Assembly (NCBI GenBank): GCA_023920165.1
Contig: CP089280.1
Coordinates: 1,984,001-2,048,000 of the forward strand
Direction of reading: 5' to 3'
DNA length: 64,000 nucleotides
Source of the DNA: Curvularia clavata
Taxonomy: Eukaryota
Of the stretch, positions 39,911 to 49,175 are shown in pieces. Each line of letters starts with the position of its first letter. The stretch's first letter is position 1. A program made the position numbers and the translations under genes. The notes beneath the pieces were generated by a model. The model did no database searches. It saw nothing but the letters and a program-made list of their open reading frames with translations, and had not been told where the DNA came from.

Positions 39911-42342
39911 AAGTGTGTGGATTTACTTTGGGGCGGGGCATACAAGGCGTCTCTCTGATTAGTTACGATCTCAATGGGAAGGCTTTTCATCTTCTTCGGC
40001 TCACAGTACCCTTTGATATGGTACGAGGAGAAGCATGCACTTCAAAACAGCATTGCGACATGCTACCACGGCATGACCCAGGACATGAAAGGACAGAAGC
40101 CGTAGGAATGCAATGAAAAACGAGCCAAAAGCACCAGGACGATTTTTTTTGTTCGAGTGACGTAGGAGAGTGTGATGTCGATCTGGACTGAAGACCTTGC
40201 TTGCAGAATACAAGTGCATAGGCCGAACATGGGGGTTGGTGGTCACTTTGTCAACCCGTCGTTTTCCTTGGCAGGTCGGGTAGAAGACTGTATGGAGCGG
40301 GTATACCTCGTGGACTACCGTGATGCCCTGCGCCAAGCATCGAATGAGTACTGGCTAAATTGCTTTCTTTCACATGCTCGAGATCAAAGGCCAGCCATGT
40401 TGGGTGCTTTGTGATTACACTGCATTGTTGTTGCTGAGCGTAATCAGCCATAGGTTTGTCAACGCAGCCATCGGGATTGGGCCAAATATATTCGGCGAAT
40501 AGGACATTGGCTAGCACGACAATGACATAAGTAAAGACGCACATGGCCCATTCCGACGAGACGGAAAGACAAGTCGTTATCAGGAAGATCATGTGTTTTG
40601 TTCTTGGAGCCTGCTCGCTCTGCATAAGCCTGGCGAGGGGTCGGCTGAAGTGGCTGGCATGTTTGGGTGGGTGTCCAGACACCACCGTCGTACACAGAGT
40701 TCAGCTTGGCCCAACCTCAGCGCCCAGCGCGCGGTGGCCGAGTCGATGAGATGAGATCAGATGAGATGTGACGGTCAGTGTGTAGGCGCATGGATGCTGA
40801 TAAGGCAGTTTGCGCAATCTGTAGTCCTATTATACATGTACGTACGAATCGCCGTTAGCCATGGCATAGGGGGGCTACACCGGAGCCGCAATGGCGCTGG
40901 GCAGACAGGCTTGGCGGCGTCGCACGTCCGGCAGCCGGAGCTTCCAGAAGGAAAGGGTGAATTAACCTTGTGGGCTGGCAAGGCAAGCTTTTGGCTTGCG
41001 ACATGCGACGCTGGGCTGCTTCGGCCTTGTTTGTGGGGTCTGCCACGTTTTTATGGAGTGTAGAAGGTCTGACGACGACGCGCAAGAGACGGGGGAAATT
41101 CAAGGGGCGCACGACGACATTGATTTGGGTTTGATGTACAAGACTGGGCGTGCAACCAGTGAGCCCGACTGCAACACAAACAGGACAAAGTCCATGGGTG
41201 TTGCTGTTTCTTTGCGCCGAGAACAGACGCGTGTTTCTTGTTTTCTCGGGTTTCCCTCGCTACCGGGGCGCGCGCTGAGGTTCCGCGGCCTAGTCCGGCC
41301 CACTCAGTTCCTTTCTTATCCGCACACCTCAACCCAGCATCACACCGCCATGGAGCTGCCCTCTGTCTGTGCCTGCCCGGCCACCTTGCACAAATGTGCG
41401 CACACTCTCTCCAGCCCTGCCTGGCCGCTGCTCTCGAGCAACCGCCTAGTTTGCCATGATCCGTCCACGCATGGCCGCCAGCCGACGTGATTGGCGCGAA
41501 GCCGCCCTTTATCGATGCACCTGCGACACCGTCAGGTAGGGCACAAATGCGGTCTCATACATGCAACCACCGCGATCAGCATATTCGTGATTTCAACAAG
41601 GCAAAGAACCGGACAACGTGTCCCGCTGGCCGCAGCCCATTGAGGCAGTGCTCGCGAGGGCCATGACGGCGCCTCCCTTGGTTTTTCCTTACTCGTCTCC
41701 AATTGCGATTGGGGGCGGCGTACCGACTACTCAGGACAGCAGCTTGCTTAGGTAGATGCTCATATGATTCTGACTGTTAGCTCCCCCGGCCCATGACCCG
41801 CACTGCTACCCACGGTAGGTCGAAGCGCAACCAATTTCCTCCCGTCAGCCTGGGAAAGATTTTCAGGCCAGCACTATTTTAGTTCCCGTGCTTCAAATAT
41901 TTGGTCACCCCAGAACCTTTGTTTCGAGAATCCTCCTTTCACGCCCAGGTCAGTTCAAACAAGCTCGAAGGCTTTGCCTCGCTCCTTATAGCGACACAGT
42001 CGTGCTTCTGCACGCAGTGATTGGCAGTCTTCGGCTCGTTACACAAACTGAAAAAATCGCCAGCGCCACAACTGGTTTATAGCATTACACTTTCACCTGA
42101 CCTCCTCCTTTCACCTCCAATTCAGCTACTCGAGTCCCTCCCCTTGGCCATTGTCAATCAACAATAATCTCCTCGACGAACAAGACAACAAAGGAAAAAC
42201 CTTGCTCAAAAGGCCCCCTTCTCTTCGAGCATTTGCCGCCCCCGGATTCCAGGACCCACAACTACTGCCGACTGTCCCCGGAGGACCACACCACAGCAGT
42301 GAGCGGGACCATTACTTCTTCCATTTCACCACGACAACTAGC

Positions 42343-43245
42343 ATGGCGCCCAACCTCTTAGTTGCTACCCAAAAGGCCTTTGCGCCACACAAGTGGTTCA
42401 AGTCCAACAAGGCCGACCTATCCAGAGTTGTCGAGGAATGGACTAGTCCGGTACCTGGCCAATACGAGAGCATTCCCGGTCGAGGCTGGTTCTTGATCGC
42501 GACCCTCAAGGACGAATCAAAGCCAGAGCACAGTGAAAAGCCAACTGTCAGGGGATCTGATGGGAGGAAATACATCCTGTTGGAGAGGCCTATCCCCCTC
42601 AAGTATTCTCATGCACTCGGCCGCTACTTTCTAGAGCCAGAATTCGAAAAGCGCAAAAAGACGGTCATGATCAAGGACGACAAAGGCAAAGAAGTCCGAG
42701 CCGGTTTCTTCCGTGTTGACGATGTCGCCTGGGTCAAGTGTTGGGACGAGCACGACACTTTTATTCCAGGCAACGCCAATGGTGCTGCCGGCTACCAACG
42801 CTGGGTTCTGGACGCGCAAACCCACCAGTTCAGGCATATGCTCAAACGCGATGACCCAAATTACATCCGGTCTCGAAGAAACTCGCCTGCTCGCGATACC
42901 GACAACCGCAGCCAAGAGTCCGTCAGCACAGAGTTCCGCAGTAGTCGTCCTGGCAGCATCAAGAACGGCTTCAGCGTCGGTGGGAGCACCCGGACCAGTA
43001 GCATTCGCTACCAGCCCTCGACACCTACCTCCAACGCGCCAAGCCAACGGCCCTCTAGACAAAGCAGTCCCAAGCGCAGCGATAGCATTCCCCTCGAAGA
43101 GGCCAAAGCCGCACTCAGACGCTTAGCCCGCGAGCATGAAGAAGCCGCCGCCGCCCTGGCCCGTTCCCGCATGAAGCGCACTGACTCCAAAGACCGAGTC
43201 GAGCAAATCGAACGTGGTCGCGTTTCGGAGCGTGTCGGAAACTGA
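42343..43245 (+). CDS. Hypothetical protein (about 300 aa) with an aromatic N-terminal domain and a Ser/Arg-rich tail
   Basis: Long intronless ORF with coding-like composition. I recognise no domain. Confidence 0.7.
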   Translation: MAPNLLVATQKAFAPHKWFKSNKADLSRVVEEWTSPVPGQYESIPGRGWFLIATLKDESKPEHSEKPTVRGSDGRKYILLERPIPLKYSHALGRYFLEPEFEKRKKTVMIKDDKGKEVRAGFFRVDDVAWVKCWDEHDTFIPGNANGAAGYQRWVLDAQTHQFRHMLKRDDPNYIRSRRNSPARDTDNRSQESVSTEFRSSRPGSIKNGFSVGGSTRTSSIRYQPSTPTSNAPSQRPSRQSSPKRSDSIPLEEAKAALRRLAREHEEAAAALARSRMKRTDSKDRVEQIERGRVSERVGN

Positions 43246-44443
43246 ACAAAAAGTATTTTTGTATTCACTGTTGATTGGGGCCGTTTTCGGTACCCTTGCG
43301 GATATATATATGTCTATATATATATATGGGGCGTTACAGGTATGGGCAACAGGGGCGGATAAGAGAAGTCGGTGTGTACCTGTCTACACGTGACGTTGCT
43401 CTCTCTCTATATCTGCGCTCAAATCACGACGTCATGGCTTTTTTTCCCTTGCCTTTCTTTCTTGGTTCTAGAGGTATAGGTTTCTTGTTTGCTTGTAATA
43501 ACTACTCTTTGCATGCCTTGGTTTGGGCGGTTTTCACGATATCACATGAAGAGTTTCTTTGGTAGCGATACAGATGGGGTTTAGATTACACGGTACATTT
43601 AGCTCTCAAGAGCGTGGTTTTTTTTTCTTGCTAGACGTTTCTGCTTCTTGCGATCTTTCTGGCGTACAAGTTTTTTTTTCGACCCGGGCTGAACGCTAGG
43701 GGAGAAAGTCAAAAGTAGAGTTTTATACCCCTTCTTCTCTCCCTACACTTTGCGGTTCTTTTTTGCCTAGGTAGATGGAAGTAATGGGAAAGAAAAGTAA
43801 TGTTATCTTTGTGTATTTTTCGGACCCCCTGGATTCTTAGGGTCAGATAGAGGGATATCACATTGTCGGCTTGTAAACCCTTGAGTCCTTGATGATGTTT
43901 TCTTGATGCTAGCCAACTATGATGTTAAATAGGCGTGTTTCGCAGCCACCCTAGCCTCTCAGAATTGTATAGTGACGGGTTTTGCTTGGACATGTAGATG
44001 ATCAAAGTCACGTGTGTAGTCAGGTCACCTCGTTGCTCGTCTCTATCTGATGAATTGCATGGACACAACTAAGATAGTAAAAACATTTACTCTTCTATAC
44101 CCTAGCAACCGGACTAGAGTCCTATCTCCTGAAAGAAAAAGTGCTGTGAAGCGAAGCAACTTTTAAATTACAGGCTATTCAAAAGCACACAGACTTCACT
44201 CCACTATCAAAGCGCACACAGAGAGTATATAACATTCGAGAATGTATTTTTTCTATAACCCAAGAAAACCTATTAGGAAATCCGATCTAAAAGAATGAAA
44301 GTCTATTTTGCCCACACAAGCATTACCGAGAGAGCGTCGTCATGATGTCGTCTATCCTAACCCCTCTCCCACTCACCCACTTATGAAACGAGTGATAAAG
44401 TGGGTGAAATGAGCGAGGGGGCAACTCCCCAAGAAAAGATCGT

Positions 44444-47050
44444 TTACTCATCAGAGTCAACATCGTCCTCAGACTTCTCCTCTTGCTCCTTCTTCGCCTT
44501 CTCCTCCTGCTCTTTCTTCTCTTCCTCTTCCATTCCGTCACACATGCACTTGAACTTTCTGCATGATTTGTTAGTGTGTATTCTATGTAGCTTGTGTACA
44601 AATTCTTGTGTGAGGACTTACTCTTCAGTGATCTTCTTGCAGTAACCGCCAGTCCTCTGCGCGAGCTTGCAGACTGTCTGGCAGTTGCTAGGACCACTGT
44701 TCTTGGTGCATGGCTCAACTAGGCTTTACTGCGTGCGTCAGTTTAGAAGTGGGAAAGAGAAGCGGCTAAGTTGGAACACCTACACCTCGTTGAACTGACG
44801 CTTTTCGTTACCAGAGTCAAGTTCGTCGTCGTCATCTTCCTTGTTCTCGGCGTTCTGGGGACTGGTGGAGGGTTTCTTCTCCTTGGGGACGGCGTCCTGG
44901 TTTTGGGCAGCATCGGGGCTCAGGTTGTTGGGGTCGAGGGCGTCCTTGAGATCAGGGACTCCTTGGCGCTTGGCCATGATGCCGTACCAGTTCTCGCCGT
45001 GCTTCTCATTCTTGCCATCCTTGGACTCAGACTCGTGGTTTTGGCGAGACATGATACCGTACCAATCCTCGCGGTGGCCCTCCTTGGACTCCTTAGACTC
45101 CTTGTTCTCGCGCTTCAGGACGCCGTACCAGTCCTCGCCGTGCTTCTCGTTCTTACCATCCTTGGACTCAGACTCATGGTTTTGGCGAGACATGATGCCG
45201 TACCAGTTCTCACGGTGGCCCTCAGATTTCTTGGAGTCTTGGCCCTCTTCAGACTCATGGCTCTGGCGCTTGCGGTAGTTGAAATCGTCGTCCTCGTGGT
45301 GGCTCTCCTTAGACTCCTTTGTCTCTTTGGTCTTAGACTCCTTTTTATCGCTGTGAGGCTTGCTATCCTTGGAGTCCTTGGATTCCTTAGATTCCTTGTT
45401 ACCACGCCTCAGGATGCCGTACCAGTTCTCGCGGTGACCGTCCTTGGATTCCTTGTTCTCACCGTGAGACGCACCGCTCTTGGAGTCCTGGCCCTCTTCA
45501 GACTCATGGCTCTGGCGCTTGCGGTAGTTGAAATCGTCGTCCTCGTGGTGGCTCTCCTTAGACTCCTTTGTCTCTTTAGTCTTAGACTCCTTTTTGTCGC
45601 CGTGAGACTTGCTATCCTTGGAGTCCTTGGATTCCTTGGATTCCTTGCTACTCCGCCTCAGGACGCCGTACCAGTTCTCGCCGTGAGACTTGTCATCCTT
45701 GCCCTCCTTGGACTCGTGGTTCTGGCGAGACATGATACCATACCAATCCTCGCGGTGGCCCTCCTTGGACTCCTTGTTCTCGCGCTTCAGGACGCCGTAC
45801 CAGTCCTCGCCGTGCTTCTCGTCTTTGCCACCCTTGGACTCAGACTCGTGGCTCTGGCGCTTGTCCATGATACCATACCAATCCTCGCGGTGGCCCTCCT
45901 TGGACTCCTTGTTCTCGCGCTTCAGGACGCCGTACCAGTCCTCGCCGTGCTTCTCGTCTTTGCCACCCTTGGACTCAGACTCGTGGCTCTGGCGCTTGTC
46001 CATGATACCGTACCAGTTCTCGCGGTGGCCCTCCTTGCTGTCCTTGGAGTCCTTGTTCTCCCGCCTCAGGACGCCATACCAGTTCTCACGGTGACCGTCC
46101 TTGGACTCCTTGCCCTCAGACTCATGGTTCTGGCGCTTACCGAAAAAGCTGCCAAAGTCACCCTCCTCCGAATCACCTCCCTCCGAGTTTCCCTCCTGGC
46201 GCTTGCCAAAGAAGTTCTCTTCATCATCTCCCTCGGAGCCATTTTCCTGGCGCCTGTCGAAGAATTTGCCGTAGCCGTGGCCTTCGGACTTGTCCTGGTT
46301 GGAGTCTCCACTCTGAGGCTGTCCCTGGGGCTGCTCCTGGTGCTGCTCCTCATGAGGCTGCTCCTGGGGAGAGTGATCCTCAGAGGGGTGACCCTCAGAA
46401 GAATCATCTCCAGAAGGGGGGCCCTGGGAAGGTTCTTGTCCCTGCTCGTGAGATTCGCCCTCAGAAGGATGGCCCTCAGAGGACTGTTCCTCGGAAGGCT
46501 GCTCCTCGGTAGGACGGTCACCAGAAGGTGGGCCACCAGAAGGGCGACCTCCAGAAGGAGGGCCTCCAGAAGAGTGACCCTTGTGTCCGTACTCATCAAA
46601 GACGTCGAGATCAACGTCAAATTCCTTGCCAGGCCGGCGTCGCGAAAGCTTGGTCCGGTCAGTCGAGAACTGAAGCGCCGGAACAGCAGAGACTTGAGGC
46701 AGTTTAACAGCAGCAGATGATGATGATGATGGCGAAGGCGAAGGAAATGGCACCGGTGATGCTACAGCATCTTGCCTGCGAATAGGCAACTTGAGTGAAT
46801 CCAAGAGGCCTGCCTTGGGAGTGGCAGATGGCTTCACAGAAGAGGAAGAGGAATAGTGCGGCTCGGAACGGTAGCGTGCATCAGTGGGATGGTGCGGTTC
46901 AGCAGAGTACTGTGGCTCAGCAGAGTATTGCGGTTCGGCAGAGTACTGCGGCTCAGGGGTGTAGGCCGCCTTGGATGGCTCTGGACGGGTTGGCGCCGCA
47001 TTGCTCACGAGAGCAAAGGTGGACACAACGACGGCTGCGGTAAAACGCAT
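44444..47050 (-). CDS. Secreted Kex2-processed repeat protein (KEP) precursor with a C-terminal CS-alpha-beta defensin-like domain
   Basis: Signal peptide MRFTAAVVVSTFALVSNA. Twelve E[ND]WYG[VI][LM] units closed by KR, RR or R. Downstream exons 44723-44622 and 44558-44444 (intron gtaagt...ctaac...cag at 44559-44621) give C-x8-C-x3-C-x9-C-x9-C-x-C plus an acidic tail. The first intron's exact boundaries are uncertain. Confidence 0.85.
45731..46000. repeat. Apparently perfect 135-bp tandem duplication (45-aa two-peptide module) inside the KEP gene
   Basis: 45731-45865 reads identical to 45866-46000. Confidence 0.85.
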
Positions 47051-49175
47051 CGTGATTAAGTTGTTGATTAGTCGGTTGTATAATTATAGGGAAGGATGAG
47101 TGTAGTATTAAGGGATAGTTGGTAAAGGAATGTTTGTAAAAGAAAGGCGATGGTGAGATGGTGAGTGATAGCAGGTGAGGATGGCGGCTTCATATAGTCT
47201 TTCTTTCGACAGCCTCGTTGTTTTGTTTTACAAGATGCTTGAGCCGTGCTTGTGCTTTGCGTGCGTACGAAGTCCCTTCACACCGGAATTTGTTTCTGCA
47301 TGAACGCCGATCGTTGGATGCGGTGCTAAACGGGGTCCGTCAAGTGCGCATTCGTACACCCTGCGAACATTGACTAGCGCTTGGTCCTGTGTTTGAGGGA
47401 TTTTGTTAACATCAATGTTGCTGGGAGATGTACGAGAAAGGGGTATTGTTGCTGGTTGGATTCTTCCAACTTGGCTGTAGTTCCCTTTGCAATTTCCTTC
47501 GCATAACTGTAGAGTCTCAACAATAATTACAACGAGCCAACGTCGAACTCTGAAGGCTAGTGTAGAAAGGATACGGAAGATCAACGTGAAGATCGAGATC
47601 CAGGGTCAATCTGCCCACCTCGCTAATGCATTGAAGGGGGCTATGATACACACGAATGCGTGTACTCACAGTGTCTGGTGAAAAGAAACCTGGGGAACCG
47701 GTAGGTCATGGCTTTTGTATGACCAACACCAACGAGTAAAGCGAGGCGGAAGTAGTAAGAGGGTGGGGAAATGAAGAAAAGAAAGAAGCCTAAACGTTTC
47801 TCCTTTGCAAGACAAATGGACGGACGAAAAAGAATGTTGTCGAATTTCCGTTTCTCTTCGCCATATTGGATTTTACCGCAACGTTGCGTGTATATTGTAC
47901 ACAACCAGGTGTTCCAGATCATTTCACCAAGTCCCAGTCTGACGTCAATTAACAAACAATAAAAGCCAATAACCTAACGCATGCATTGGGACTTGCGGCA
48001 TTGCACACTTCCCCATCCAAGGATGATTTCTGGCCCCGTGAAAGTACGAGAGTTACTGCAGCTATGCATGGAACATGTCTCTGCATGCAGCCCAAGAAGG
48101 AATTCATCCGGCGTTATGACGAACCGAGGGTGCGGCTCTCAGAATAGATGGACGTCGGTGGACGCATCCGCGAAAAGCAATTGAAAGGAGGTGCCGGTCA
48201 GTGGAACAAAAAGAACCATCACTGGGCGTTGCAGAAGAGGCGTGGACTATTTTGTTTAGCGCTGTGCAAGAAGGGTAAAGTGAGGTGCCTCATAGAAGGA
48301 GCTTAATTCCTAGTAGTTCTGAAATAGGTTTACCTTGCCTGAAGCTTGTGCAATACATGCTTCTAGACTTGTGCTCGGCTTCAACTACACGCAGGCTTGT
48401 TGTAACTCTGTCCGACACAACTGACCGCCGCGAAGAGCTCGGACTGTCGAGTTGTGCGTGCGAGATGGCTGTTTGGAAAAGAAATAGCGGAATATGAAAT
48501 CTTACACTGCATGAGGTTAGCTTCTGGCGTATTAGGACTCCGCTAGGCAAAGTGATAGTTGGAGACATTATCCTACGTTGGGGTAGCAGTAAACTACACA
48601 ATCACGGGCGAAGACACACAGCCAGTGGGGAAGGTCGCGACCGCGCGGATGAAGCCGTTGGCGTCCACATCATTATTGTGGTCTCGATTTGTTTTTTTCT
48701 GTGCTTGGAGCACGGCCGCACAACTGCTACAGCTCCGCTACTCGCCAGAAAATCGTCATAGGCTGCTGATTCGTCTATTTGTACTCGCCGGAGCAGGGTT
48801 CTGGACGTCCGCGGAAACGTTTAGAAGGCGCCTAGAAGGTCTGTTGAATGTGGATGTAGTGACCATTGGTGGTGATGCCAAAAACAAAGGCCGGTACGCG
48901 CAAAAGCTCACTGGCGGATGGATGAAGGCTCAACGTAACCAGCTACTTGACCGACTTCGTCAGTGCAGATGAGTTCGTGTGTGGTGTCAAGAAGATCCTA
49001 TTCATTGCTGACGTCTGCTTGAATTAGTTTTTGTCAGCCGGAGTTCTATGGGCTCACCAAACTTCGTTCTAAAAGAGCAGTCTCAACTTGTACGTTACAA
49101 AGTGATACCTATTGATACAATGAAGCCGAAAAAAGAAACCCAACCCCTCATTTGCTGACCAGTACTGAAAGCAGT

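Noticed and set aside
45000..46100. CRISPR-like repeat/spacer array
   Set aside because: The repeats are in-frame coding modules in a eukaryotic gene, with no unique spacers or cas genes.
44771..46720. 649-aa hydrophobic plus-strand ORF that looks like a repetitive membrane protein
   Set aside because: It is the antisense shadow of the K/E/D/S-rich KEP repeats. It starts at TTG, and its Leu/Val richness follows from complementary codons.
44444..47050. KEP gene as an alpha-type mating pheromone precursor
   Set aside because: The repeats lack Ste13 X-Ala/X-Pro dipeptide spacers and the short Cys-containing, near-identical units typical of Pezizomycotina alpha-like pheromones.
42000..49100. 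Dikaritin/ustiloxin-type RiPP gene cluster around the KEP gene
   Set aside because: No DUF3328/UstYa oxidase, tyrosinase, methyltransferase or transporter is visible. The neighbours are a hypothetical gene and CUL4.
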